This document shows, in pieces, positions 51,916-64,000 of a stretch of 64,000 nucleotides of DNA. The stretch is from Lama glama. Its lineage: Eukaryota. The position numbers were made by a program, and so were the translations under genes. Numbering within the stretch: the first letter of the stretch is position 1; each line of letters starts with the position of its first letter. The notes beneath the pieces are model-generated. The model was not told where the DNA came from. It made no database searches and worked only from the letters and a program-made list of their open reading frames with translations. The stretch is from assembly GCA_028534125.1 (NCBI GenBank), contig CM052817.1:106766001-106830000 (forward strand), given 5' to 3'.

Positions 51916-53024
51916 CTTTTGATTAAAAGAAGCTTTTGATTATACTAGAAGAAACTCAGCTATAGGCTTCAAATCTATGCTCAAACTACACACTCAGTGA
52001 GGACAATATTCTGCTAAGACAATTGATTTTCTGCTTCATTTGCCTACTGTTTGTTTAATGTCAACCATTATAAACAGAACAGGACAAGCAGTACTTGGAG
52101 CAATCCTTACAATGTTACAGGGTCAGACACAACATTTAACTTCTCTTCGCACCACTAGTTCTCTCTGCATACTGGACTTCAGGTACGTACAAACGGCCAA
52201 CAGGTACACGAAAAAGCGCTCAACATCACTAATCATCAGAAAATGCAAATCAAAATCACGATGAAAGAGCTCACACCTGTTAGGATGACTATCACCAAAA
52301 AATCAAGAGATAGCAAGTGTTAGAAATGACTTGGAGAAACTGGAACACTTGTACACTGTTGTTGAGAATATAATCAGTACAGTCATTATGAAAAACAGTA
52401 TGGAGTTTACTCAAACAATAAAAACAGAACTACCATAAGCTCCAGGACTCTCACTCCTTTATCCAAAAGAATTGAAATCAAGATCTGTAAGGGATATTAG
52501 TATGCCTATGTTCATTGCAGCACCACTGACAATGGTTCACAACAGCCACCATATGACGTAAATGTATACTGATAGATGAATGGATATAGAACATCCATGC
52601 ACACACACGCAGACATGCACACACACAAAGGAATAATATTCAGTCTTCAAAAAAGAAAGAGAGTCTGCCACATGCAACAACATGGATGAACCTTGAGGAC
52701 ATTATGCAACATGAAACGTGCCAGTCATAGAAAGACAAACACTGCATGATTCCACTTATATGAGGCACTAAAATAGTCAAATACAAAGAATTAGAGAGTA
52801 GAATGGCCAAGGGCTGGGGTCAAGGGGGTGGGGAGAATTGCCAGTCAAGGAGCAAGAAGTTTCACTTACACAAGATGAATGAGTTCCAGTGATCTGCTGT
52901 ACAACATAGCCCTTATGGTGAACAATGTTGTGCTGTAGGTCTTTTTCTTAGAAAATTCTTCGCTAAATATGTAGAAATAGAGGAGTTATTGTCTGCAACT
53001 TAACGCCAAATGATCCAGGAAATA

Positions 53025-53234
53025 CAATTGACCCTTGAACAATGCAAGGGATATGCGTGCCCACCCCTGCACTATAGAAAATCTGCATATGAATTTACAG
53101 TTGTCTCTCTGTACCTGAGGTTCTGCATCCACGAATTCAACCAACCATGGATTGTGTAGTATGTATTTACTGAAAAACAATTGTGTGTAAGTGAGCCCAC
53201 ACAATTCAAGGCCGTGTTGTCCAGGAATCAACTA
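53025..53234 (+). mobile_element. MER8/Tigger2-type DNA transposon
   Basis: Terminal inverted repeats 'caattgacccttgaacaa' / 'gttgtccaggaatcaacta' with TA flanks; internal 'ggttctgcatccacgaattcaaccaacc'. Confidence 0.82.
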
Positions 53235-54419
53235 TAATTATAATAATGTAGATATGTGTGTGTATATATGTGTGGGGAAGGAAAGAAGTAAGGTAAAATA
53301 TTAACATTTGGTGATTCTAGATGAGGAATATTTAAGACTTCATAGCTTTCTTTTTTCTGAATGTTTAAAGTCATTTCAAAATTTTTAAAATGTGTGTACA
53401 GAAAACAGTATGATGTAAATATCAAATTAATGGTACAGAGTTTCCTTTAGATATCATAGAACTAAGGTGGGCAGGGTAGGCATAATATAGGATATGGAAC
53501 ATAAGGCGGGCTGTGAATTTTGGAAAATTTTCAAGAAAGCAATGAGAAACAGAGAACCTAAGCATGAGGAAAGTGGCCTTCACAAAAGGGACAGTCAGGA
53601 ATGTTCACAGTATTTTAAAAGATGATGCGTACAGTGGTGTGAGTAAGAAATAAATATGGAGAATGAATGAAATGACTTGACTATGTGTGAGAAGTAATAA
53701 CTGAAATATCACTCCATGGAGCAGAGAATTGCCAGTACTTAAAAAAACTCATATTACCACTTACAAATACTCACATTACCACATACATGTGTTTGTGGAC
53801 TTCCGTTCCACCAAATGCTTGGGCACCTGCCTGTATCCAAGCGTCTTTTTGTTGCACTGTTTTCTGCTCTTAGACTTGAACTTGTGAGGCTGAAATTCAA
53901 GATTTCTTGGGGAAGGTTAAAGGGATATATTCCAGCCAACTTTTACTGACTTTCAATTGCCATGATGAACAATTTGGTCTTCTATGGATGTTAAGATGTC
54001 ATGATCAAATGCTGATCAAAGTATCAAACTAGGACGTTTGAATGTAGTCAGACCTGAGTGTGACTCTTGACACAGGCACTCACCAGGTCTGTGACCTCGG
54101 GCAATTTTGCAACTTCCTAGCTTCAGTTTTTCCTCTTAAAATGATCAAAACAATATAGGTTCCCTTCAGTAAGCTTATTTGAGAATGGTGGGGACCAGAG
54201 GCCTGGCCCAAAGAAGGAACTCCATATTGTTATTAGATTCTTTATAATTCAAAGAGCAGCCAATAAATATTTCTTTAAACCAGAAATAGGCAAATCATGA
54301 TAACTACACTTGACCTACATTGCTATGACTGTAGACACTGAAGAAAAAGAAAAAGGGGGAGGGGGTGGGGAGGGGAGGAAAAGGAGGAGGAGGAGGATGA
54401 GAAGGAGGGAAACATTAAA

Positions 54420-54700
54420 ACTCTCCATACTTATGGTTACTGGGGGGAAAGGGGGTGGGAAAGTATAAATTTGGGGTTTGAGATTTGCATGTACTAACCA
54501 CTATATATAAAATAGATTTTAAAAAAAATCTGTTCTATATAGCACAGGGAACTATATTCAATATCTCGTAGCAACCTATAGTGAAAAAGAATATAAAAAC
54601 AAAAATATCTGTGTATATGTATGACTGAAACACTGTGCTCTACACCAGAAATTGACACCACATTGTAACTGACTACATACTTCAATTTAAAAAAAAAAAA
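54420..54700 (+). mobile_element. Short L1 3'-end insertion
   Basis: 'cttatggttactggggg..tatagcacagggaactatattcaatatct..cttcaatttaaaaaaaaaaaaaa'. Confidence 0.88.
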
Positions 54701-57700
54701 AACCTGCATACCTGGTTTGCTCAGTCATTTTCAGGAAAGCAGTAGAATTTTGAATGAAAAAATCATTCTGAAATAAGGTCAGAAAATTGCTGATCTTTAG
54801 CCTCCCTTAGCTGTCTTCAGACTTGATACGAATCAAGAAGAAAAACCCATCGTGACTGATAACTGTTGTAACAATATAGCTCAATCTGTGATCATGCAGT
54901 TTCAGGTAAGGCTCCGTAAACTTATCCTCCTCGTGGAAGGCATTATCAGCCATTACTCCCACTCCGCACAGCCTCTCCACAGATCGTCCTAGCACTAGAA
55001 TTTCAACGGAAAGAGACTTGATTAAAATACCTCTCCGGGCAAGATGTCGCTGAATTAGAATGAGGTGGAAAGGAAGGAGATGCAGGTGTGGGTTGTAGTC
55101 GATGAGTTAAGAAGCAATTGTAAAGTACATTTTTAGCTCAGAATTGAGATTCTGTCTCAGAAACTTGTCCCCAAAACTGGGTGGTTGTTGGTTTGTTTTT
55201 TTTTTTTCTGTAGAGATATTCTACATCTGAATTATCATAAAGTAGGGGGGAAAAAGAAAGATTGAAAAGCATCCAAATAGAAATTGCTTACAAATACTTG
55301 AAATACTGTGTGAAATCCCTGTTTAATCTTCCAAACAGATTTGAGGAATCACTGTCTTCGCCATTTTCCACAGCTGTTCAAAGCGCCCCACAGCTTCCTG
55401 TGCGCTGCCAGGCAGAATTGAATGAGTTGTCACTTCCTAGGAGAAGCAGAAGGTTTGGGTGATGTAGGTCAGAAAACAACTCATGTATAAACTACTTAGA
55501 GCTTATTTGCCAGGTTCTAGGGACCTTCTCGAGTTTCCCTTGGTAGATTTGTGTTTGTTTAATTGATTAGTGAAGGTTTATTTTGAACAGGGGGAAAAAA
55601 AGCACTGAATAAGTGAACATCTTCACAGTAGCCTTGCGGCAAAGCTGCTCGGCATTTTACACAAGATGAAGATTCTCACACCAAGTGAGACCTTTGAATC
55701 CTGGAATATCCCTGAAGTGGAGAGAAGTCATCACCACCATCACATCACAGAAGAAATTAGTCTTCCGGGGACTACGTTATCACTGCAGCGTGCCCTGCCC
55801 GCACCAAAGCTCCTTTCTAAGAACCATCAAGTCTAAACTATTTTTCTCTAACTTCTTTCACTTCATTCTCCCACTCAATGTTTGTGTTTTTTTTAATTTC
55901 TCTGTATATTTTCCTTTCATCTACCAAGTTTCTTTTCCTCCATAAGGGCTCTTCTCATTAAAAAATCTCCCCTCCTTGCTGTCTAAAGGACAGGCTGCTA
56001 GTAGCTACATTGTTTTTAACCCATAAATTACTCAACCATTAAACATATTAATTTTTATCAAAGTATAGTTGATGTACAATATTATCTTCATTTCAGGGGT
56101 ACGACATTGTGAGTCAACATTTAAATATATTATGAAATGATCACCAGGATAAGTCTAGTGACCATCGGACCCCATGCAAAGTTGTAGCAGTATTATTGAC
56201 CATATTCTTTATGCTGTGTATTACATTCTTGTGACTTAATTTTGTAACTAGAAGTTTGTACCTCTTAAATCCCTTCACCTATTTCACTCCACCCCACAAC
56301 CCTCCTTTTGGGCAACCACCAGTTTGTTCTCTGTATCTACCAGTCTACTTTCTTTTCCTTTTGTTGGTTCATTTGTTTTGTTTTTTTGATTCCAATTTGA
56401 GATTATATGGTATTTGACTTTCCCTGAATGGCTTATTTCTTATTTAGCATAATACCGTCTAGATCAATCCACTTGTTGTTGCAGATGGCAAGATTTCATT
56501 CTTTTTTATGGCTGAGACATCTAATTTGTCTATCTGTCTATAGATGGACACAGGTTGCTTCCATATCTTGGCTATTGTAAATAATGCTGCAATGAACATA
56601 GGGGCCCATATGTGTTTTTGTTTTCTCTGGGTAAATATACAAAAGTGGAATTGCTGGATTCAATTTTTTTGAGGAAACTCCATACTATTTTCCACAGTGG
56701 CTACACCAATTTACATTCCCACTAACAGTGCAGTTACTTAACAGTTCCCTTTACTTCATGTCTTTGTGAACACTTGTTATTTGTTGTCATTTTGAGAATA
56801 GTCATTCTGATAGGTGTGAGTAAATGTTTCATCATGGTTTTGATTTGCATTTCCCTGATGGCTAGTGATTTGAACATCTTTTCACGTGTCTGTTGGACAT
56901 CTGTATGTCTTCTTTGGAAAAATGTCTGTTCAGGTCCTCTGCCCATTTTTTAAATGGATTGTTTGGGTTCCTTTTTTTAATGTTTTGAAATTAAGTTGTA
57001 TGAGTTCTTTATACATTTTGGATATCAGTCTCGTATTGGACATATCATTCACTAATATCTTCTCCATTCATTATGTTGCCTTTTCATTTTGTTGATGGTT
57101 TCCTTTGCTGTTCAAAGGCTTTTGCATTTGATATAGTCTCATTTGTTTATTTTTCTCTTGTTTCCTTTGCCTCAGGAGACAGAACTGAAAAAATTATTCC
57201 TAAAACTCATGTCAAAGAGTGCACTGTCTTTGTTTTCTTCTAGGAGTTTTATGGTTTTAGGTCTTACATTGAAGTCTGTAATCTATTTTGAGTTTTTCTT
57301 GTATATGGTATAAGAAAGTGGTCCAGTTTGATTCCTTTGCATTTAGTTGTCCAGTTTTCCCAATACCATTTATTGAAGAAGTTGTCTTCTCCTCATTTCC
57401 TTCCTTTGTTGTAGATTAATTGCCCTTGTAAGTGTAGGCTCATTTCTGGGATCTCTATCCAGTTCCATTGATCTCTGTGTCTGTTTTTGTGCTGGTACCA
57501 TACTGTTTTAATTACTGTAGCTTTGTAGTACAGCTTGAAATCAGGGAGCCTGATACAGTAATAGAGGAAGAATGGAACTAACATTACTTTTAAATTGCCT
57601 CCTTCATTCTTTATATTATGTATTCTATTACTTTAGCCCTGCACGTCAAGAATTAAATGTTCAAGAAGTGTTGTTTGTGCCCAAATAACTCATTAAGTTA

Positions 57701-57817
57701 CCTTTTAGAAAGTTCTCATCCCACAGTTTCAAGTTAGTTATCACTATTACTTGTTGTAGATAAGTTCACTTTCAGCCTAGAAACCTTGCAAATAAGCAGA
57801 GATAAGAGTGATAAAAT

Positions 57818-57936
57818 GGGGTGAGGGTATAGCTCAGTGGTAGAATACATGCTTAGCATGCATAATGTCCTGGGTTCAATCCCCAGTACCTCCAGTAGAT
57901 AAATAAACCTAATTACCTCCCCACTCCAAAAAAAAA
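57818..57936 (+). mobile_element. tRNA-Ala-derived camelid-type SINE (Vic-1-like)
   Basis: Full head, 'aaacctaattacctcccc' tail, poly-A and TSD aagagtgataaaat (57804-57817 / 57937-57950). Confidence 0.93.
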
Positions 57937-57962
57937 AAGAGTGATAAAATAAAAATAATTAA

Positions 57963-58612
57963 GAATCCCACTCCTAGGCATATATCTAGAGAAAACTCTA
58001 ATTCTAAAAGATATATGCACCTCAGTGTTCATATCAGCACTGTTTACAATAGTCAAAACAAGGAAATAGCATAAATGTCCATCAACAGATGACTGGATAA
58101 AGAAGTTGTGGTATATTTATACAATGGAGTATTAGTCAGCCATAAAAAATAATAAAATAATGCCATTTGCAGCAACATGAATGGACCTGGAGATTGTCAT
58201 TCTAAGTGAAGTAAGCCAGAAAGAGAAAGAAAAATACCATATAATATTATTTATATGTAGAATCTAAGGGAAAAAAGACATAATTGAACTTATTTACAAA
58301 ACAGAAGCAGACTCACAGACATAGAAAACAAATGTATGGTTACCAGGGGATAAAAGGGATGGGAAGGGATAAACTGGGAGTTTGGGATTTGCAGATGCTA
58401 ACTACTATATATAAAATAGATAAACAACAAGGTCTTACTGTACAGCACAGCGAACTGCATTCAATATCTTGTAGTAACCTATAATGAAAAGGAATCTATG
58501 TATGTATACATATGACTGAAACATTATACTGTATACCAGAAGTTGACACAACATTGTAAACTGACTATACCTTAATTAAAATAAAAAAAAAACTTTTAGA
58601 GCTGGAAAAAAA
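57963..58612 (+). mobile_element. 5'-truncated L1 3' end
   Basis: 'atcccactcctaggcatatatctagagaaaactctaattc' through poly-A; TSD about 57937-57960 / 58613-58636. Confidence 0.9.
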
Positions 58613-60689
58613 AAGAGTGATAAAGTAAAAATAACTGCTAACAATTGGAAGTTTTACAGAAGCCTTTCAAGTCAGCCTACGTGAGCAAGGAGAGCAAAGA
58701 AATGTTATGCTTTCCTTGAAGGCCAGGTGAATCATGAAGAAGTCTGCAATCCATGTGTACTCTTTAATCTTAAATCCTCTGGCTTCATCTTTTCTTTTAG
58801 CATAAAAGGATCATGAGTTCTACCATGAGTTAAGATGATTCTTCAGGACGTTAGTCCGCCATTTTCTTGGTTTGCTGTCTTCCCGAATAAAGTGGCTATT
58901 CCTTGCCTCCACAGCTTGTCTCTTGACTTACTGGCCCGCCATGTGGCGAGCATCATGAGTTTGGACTCCGTAACAGTACCTCCAGCTTTGTTCCTCTTTC
59001 TCAAGATTGTTTTGGCTATTTGGAGTCTTTTGTGATTTCATACAAATTTTAGGATTATTTGTTCTCATTCTGTGAAAAACTGCTATTGGTAATTTGATAG
59101 AGACTGCATTGAAATCTGTAAATTGCCTTGGGCAGTATGGCCATCTTAACAATAGTAATTCTTCCAATTCATGAACACGGTGTACATTTCCATTTATTTA
59201 TGTCTTCAGTTTCTTTTGTCAGTGTCATAGTTTTCAGAGTGTAGGTCTTTCGCCTCCTTGGTTAAATTGACTTCTAGATATTTTATTCCTTCTGATGCAA
59301 TTAAACATATTTCTCAAACTAATCTATTGATGCTCCATTGTGTGCAAGGTGTTCTTGAGAGGTATACAGGGGAATAAGACAGTGGTTCTGCCTGAAGGAG
59401 ACAGGTCAGTGGAAGGCACAATGTGGTAAGCGCTATTCAGGTATGAGCGTAATGCTATGGGATCACAGTGTATGTACAGATAGATAGATATACACATATA
59501 TATGTGTGTGTATACATTTGTGTATATACATGCTGAAATAACTGTATGGTGTCAGAATACAGCTTTTTTCCCTCCTTTTCTCCTTTCTAAATTTCTTGGC
59601 CATTATATTAAAGGCTTTCTAAATATCAGCCATGAAAAGAAAACTTCTCATGACAGCTATTCTAAAATGTGAAAAGATAAAAACAACATTTCAATGTTAT
59701 GCTGTAACACATATGTGAATTGACTCCAAAGAATTTAAAAAAAGGAAGGGAGGGGAGGAGGGAGGGAGTGAGGAAGAAACACTTTTAACCAGCATATGCC
59801 CAGGGATCTGCCAAGTGTCACAGCTGCTCCGTATCCGGTTACGGCCAGAAGAGCCCTTTAATTGAGGGCTGGTACTTTGTGTCATCAAATGACATTCCCC
59901 GAAGGCACTTTTAGAGCATTTTCCTATTCCGCCTGTACTCATCTGATGGCCAGAGTCATCAGAATACTCTTTCTAATGAGCAGAGTGCCCCGTGATGTGA
60001 ACATGTCAAGCCCTTAGAACAGTGGTGATGACCTCGCTCAGAGTTTCACCCACTTACTGCTTTCATTTCATCTCTGTGCTGTCCTTTTGCAAATTGAAGA
60101 CGAGAGTATAAATTTGTGATTCACATTCCACTTTCAAAACTGAGAGGCTGATATTATGGTGGGTGAAAATATTTCCCTCGGGACTACAAGTCACAGAGCC
60201 ACTGCACACTCTCTGATAATGAGGTCTCAAGACAAGTGTAGCAGCAGATGAAACACATGAAGCCTACACAGCCTGTCTAGAAGGAATTACTGAGCCCTCA
60301 AGTTTTCCTAGTCTCCCAGCCACATCCTTGAAAGTTAAGCCACTGGGACAATGTCTGACTTCTCCTAAAATGTCACAATACCTTTAATGGAAACCAGATT
60401 CATAAATTGGAATGAAATTGCAGATATGGAATAAATATTTATTGAGAACTTCAGCCATTGTATCAGAAAAGTTTACCAGCCTAGTGTTTTTGTCAGTGGT
60501 CTGGAAAATAGAAAATATTTTCCCATGGAAATAACACGGCTGCTATAGGTAGAGGAAACTGTACAGAAGGACTAATCAGTCATGTTATTTTGCCAAATAT
60601 TTGGCTGTGATGTGCACGCTGTTGAATTCCAATATGGATTCAGGACAGCTTACAGAGATATATTAAATTCAGCAAGGAATTAAAAATAA

Positions 60690-61470
60690 AAAAACAAAAA
60701 GCACTAGCCTAGACTGGCCAACGGACGGGAAAAATGGGGCACCTCATGCATTTTGAAAGGGGAAGTAAAATATTCAACATGTCTGGAGGGCTCTTTGTAC
60801 CAACGTTGAAAATGTGCATACTGATTGATCCTGAAATTCCATTCCTCGCATTGAAGAAGTAAGGGCGTGAGTGTACAGATATGCTTTATAAAGATGTTCA
60901 TTGAATGTTGTATAATAAAGAATACTTAAAATAATCAAAATGTCCAATGCAAAGAGATTGAGTAAGCAAATAAGGATACATCCCTAAATGGAATATTATT
61001 TAATTTTTTTAAAGTTGACTTTTATATTGACATGTAAAGATATCCGCAATATTTCATTGATGTTCAAAACAGGTTATGGATTAAAATGTGTAGTGTAACT
61101 ACATTTATGTCAGATATATACGTTACAGTTTATACTTGCAGAAGCATCATGAAAGATACAAAATGAAATTCTTAACAGCGATTCCTTTAAAGGTATGAGA
61201 TGAGGGATTGCTTATCATATATTATTTTAAAATAAAGATGTCTCTATTTTCAAAATACAACAGGATAACCCATTTCAAATTTTATTTAGATTATGTTGAA
61301 GGAATATTTCATTGCATTGGAAAATGCTCACAATCAATTTCTAAGTGAAAAGAAGCAGGTTCTTAACCAGTGTAGACGGGGAAATGGCCATCTTCCAGGT
61401 TTATGCATGCATAGAGACTAAGTCTGAAACTTTTGTACCAAAACGTTCATAGTGCCGTTTTCATGGGAAG
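60690..61470 (+). mobile_element. Old L1 (L1ME-type) 3' fragments
   Basis: 'tgatcctgaaattccattcc..aagatgttcattgaatgttgtataata..aaaatgtccaat'. Confidence 0.6.
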
Positions 61471-61724
61471 AGTTGATCCGAGTTGCAAATTGAGAGACTA
61501 GACTAGGAATGCACCTGCACCATGGAGTCCCAGCTGTGAGAGCAGGACTCCTGGACCGGAGTCATGGCAGCAGAGATGACACTGCATCCCGGTCAGGGCA
61601 GCCCAGGGAGCGGAGTGGAGAGTCCCACTCAGCCTCAGCAACAGCTGGAAAGGGGCATCCCCGAGGAAGCCGCATCTGTGGTGCCCATGGTGGCGGGCCA
61701 AGTCCAAGAGAAGACACACATATC

Positions 61725-61950
61725 CGCAATTTGCTATATATTAGGCAATCTGCTAAGGGATTTACATATGAATTACCTGTTTGATCCTCAAAACGATGTT
61801 AAGAATAAAATACTATTAACTCCATTTTTTAGATGAAAATATTAGTATTTGACAAGTTCATGTTGGTAATTAACCAGTAAATGGCAAAGCTCAGACCAGG
61901 AATCAGACCTGCCTGATTGCCAAGACCATACTTTTCAACCACTTTATATG
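61725..61950 (-). mobile_element. MIR SINE
   Basis: 'tttgatcctcaaaacgatgt..ctattaactccattttttagatgaaaa..ccagtaaatggcaaagctcagaccaggaatcagacctgcctga'. Confidence 0.7.
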
Positions 61951-64000
61951 CCAGAGTAGATAATGTGGGCTCTGCCTTGGTGCCTTTTCCCCTTGCTTTT
62001 AAGGTCTTAGTCAACTCAGTGGAGTCTGCTACTTTGTCTTGGCTCAGACCGATTCCACCTGGTTGCCATATGGAAACCTACGTGGGGTGCCGGGCAAACG
62101 CACAGTGCACTGCATCAAACTCAAGGCATCTCTCTAAAGTGTGCGGTACAGTTTTCAACCCAGACACCGGGGAGAGAAAATGACTGTCCCCAAGACTGCT
62201 GTTCATCTCACTCTGTTCACAAAGTGCTTTGCTACAGTGACGCCTACCCCCTTGGAAGTCAGCCCACACTTCACTGACAGCCGCCAGTTCTATCGGGTCA
62301 ATTCCACCTGAATCCACTTGCCTGCAGCGTTGCCGGAGCGCACAGCTTACCGAGCCATTATTATTTTGTGCCTGTGTCCAGGGAGCTCCACAAAGGATAT
62401 GTTTTAAAGAGCCTGGAATAGGTAAATAAATAAATAAAAAGTTCATAGGTAACATGTAATTTACTAGCAAAAAAAAACCACCAAGCACGTGTCACTGCCC
62501 TCACAGCCCTCACGGCTCATAGCCTGTTTCCTCCAGTGATTACCTGCAGAATTCTACGGTGCAGAAAAACCTGGATTTTGTTTTTCAGCTTACTCCTTGA
62601 AATTGGTAGCTGACAGATCTTTCCTTAGCTTGCCTCAAACGTCCTGGCTCATCTCCACTGTAAAGGCAACATATTTTCCAAAAAGAACCTCCATCTACAC
62701 ATGAATAACAATGCGTTCGGCATCCCTCTGCTTGCCCGTCCATTCTATATAGGGGATGTAATCAAGGCTTTAGAAAAACCAGAGCATCTTCTCCTTTCTT
62801 TATTGCTCAAAAAAAAAAAAAAAAGAAATGAGGCATTTAGAGATCTACTTCTCATTCTTCAGCCAGAGGATCCAACTACTTTGTAACTTGCAGCTGGATC
62901 TATGACATTCTAATTTTGGTAAGGTTTCTGGCAAAGTTGGTTGAGACATTTCAGGAGAAAACAGATACTACAGCGGTTACTGCTTGATGGCAACACCGAA
63001 GTGTTTAAAAAACTCTCTGAGCAGTTTGCCTGCTGGGTTCCATGGACACTCCAGCTTCAGAAAATCTATGAGCTCCTTAAACAGTACACAAAATTTTATG
63101 TCAATGTGCAATTTTCCACCACTTATTAAATGTCCAGTGTCTGCACACCAAAACAAGGTTAAACATCACTGAGTCATTCGGTCACACAGGGGAAAGAAAC
63201 TCTGCTTTTTTACACAAACGTTTATCTCAAGAAAACTCATTAATACATCATATTTCGTTATTGCTCATTCACTCCCATCAGGCCAACCTCTGTCCCGCTG
63301 TGCACTCTGCCCGTTCCTACTTCTAACTTCTTCCATTCACCCATCTCCCTGTTGCCTAGGTGGCCCTTCTTTGAAAGCCGACGCTAATGTATTTCTTTCG
63401 TAAAGCTTCAGTGACCAACTGTAACTCAGATGGATTTCACCTCATTTTTTCACTCTTAGTGTTCTTAGCATCCGGAGAATCACCTACAGAACGTGTGTGT
63501 GCGTGTGTGGGCACACGTGTGTGCACTTTTCATAGATGTTTCCTATATGAAAGTGTATCTCCAGATATATCACACAGCACGCATCCTAATCTTACATCTT
63601 CAGTATTGTCAAGGATCCAATAGCTCATCAAAACCAGGTTCAAGTCTTGCTTTTCATGTAGCTCTCACTGTGACTCAAAGTACCTGCTTGCTTAGTTGCT
63701 GCTACGAGCTATGAGCAACCCTTGGAAATGCCTGTAGTTGCAGCATTCCTCTCCGGAACTGGATTACCTTGAAAGAAATCTTTCTTCCCTAAAGTTAGGA
63801 ACTATGGTGCAACATTATGGAGAGATGAATTTTTAAAAATATGAAACATTCCCACCAGTCAAACTATAAACTGCGTATCTAATGCGTACAATTTATCCAC
63901 AAATTCTGTTACCACTCTTTCCACTATCTGACCCATTTCCATTCTTCCAGGGCTACCACCCTCATTTTATTGTCATGACTGCGACAACCTCCCGGCCGGC

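Larger units (their letters stand above)
46120..52935 (+). mobile_element. Near full-length decayed LINE-1 (5' UTR, ORF1, ORF2, 3' UTR), interrupted at 49881-50148 and about 50775-52187
   Basis: ORF1-like 'KKSEESLRNLWDSIQYSNIHI' (47194-47385); ORF2-like 'YYEQLYTNRLDNLE..FPNSFSEARCTLIPKPDK' (48504-48857), 'GEKLKAFLLRS' and '[15 protein letters not shown]'; many stops and frameshifts. Confidence 0.92.
57557..58975 (+). mobile_element. ERV1-type solo LTR inserted into L1, itself interrupted by a SINE and an L1
   Basis: 3' end 'ccgaataaagtggctattccttgcc..gagtttggactccgtaaca'; near-TSD atac (57553-57556) / gtac (58976-58979). Confidence 0.75.
56050..59300 (-). mobile_element. 5'-truncated LINE-1, split by an LTR at 57557-58975
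   Basis: ORF2 pieces 56734-56946, 57393-57584 ('[18 protein letters not shown]') and 58928-59167; 'gaaatcagggagcctgatac' joins to 'ctccagctttgttc'. Confidence 0.9.

Noticed and set aside
57818..57895. tRNA-Ala(AGC)-like sequences (also at 6783-6856, 20683-20759 and 29508-29585)
   Set aside because: They have SINE tails, poly-A, flanking duplications and stem-breaking substitutions, so they are SINE heads and not tRNA genes
61500..61720. GC-rich patch with perfect minus-strand Kozak GCCCGCCACCATGG and 17-aa ORF MGTTDAASSGMPLSSCC (61688-61635)
   Set aside because: Sits between L1 and MIR relics, loosely resembles a decayed ERVL-type LTR, and has no promoter or splice support; probably chance
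1..64000. CRISPR array, operon or other prokaryotic or phage system
   Set aside because: Sequence is mammalian repeat-rich DNA with no regularly spaced direct repeats or dense long ORFs

Overview
Mammalian genomic DNA, very likely camelid (four copies of a tRNA-Ala-derived, Vic-1-like SINE with an AAACCTAATTACCTCCCC tail, plus cetartiodactyl-type L1 3' ends). The window is repeat-rich and non-coding: I find no credible protein-coding exon. The ORF track is explained by decayed L1 ORF1/ORF2 pieces, LTR-derived ORFs and chance ORFs. The main host feature is a CpG-rich promoter-like island at about 12.3-12.7 kb with a minus-strand non-coding exon ending at a CAG|GTGAGA donor (11987). Positions 1-11986 would then be intron and 12.7-64 kb upstream intergenic DNA. 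From memory this resembles the FILIP1 5' end, but that is unverified. The upstream region holds about a dozen ERV1-type solo LTRs, several resolvable to exact TG..CA ends and 4-bp target-site duplications (TSDs). These include three MER41-like LTRs with different STAT motif states, a three-LTR nested stack, a near full-length decayed L1, and a target site hit twice by retrotransposition. Repeat family names come from recalled consensus similarity, and boundaries without stated TSDs are approximate. I see no evidence for a wholly new biological system. The best leads are transposon-derived regulatory candidates.
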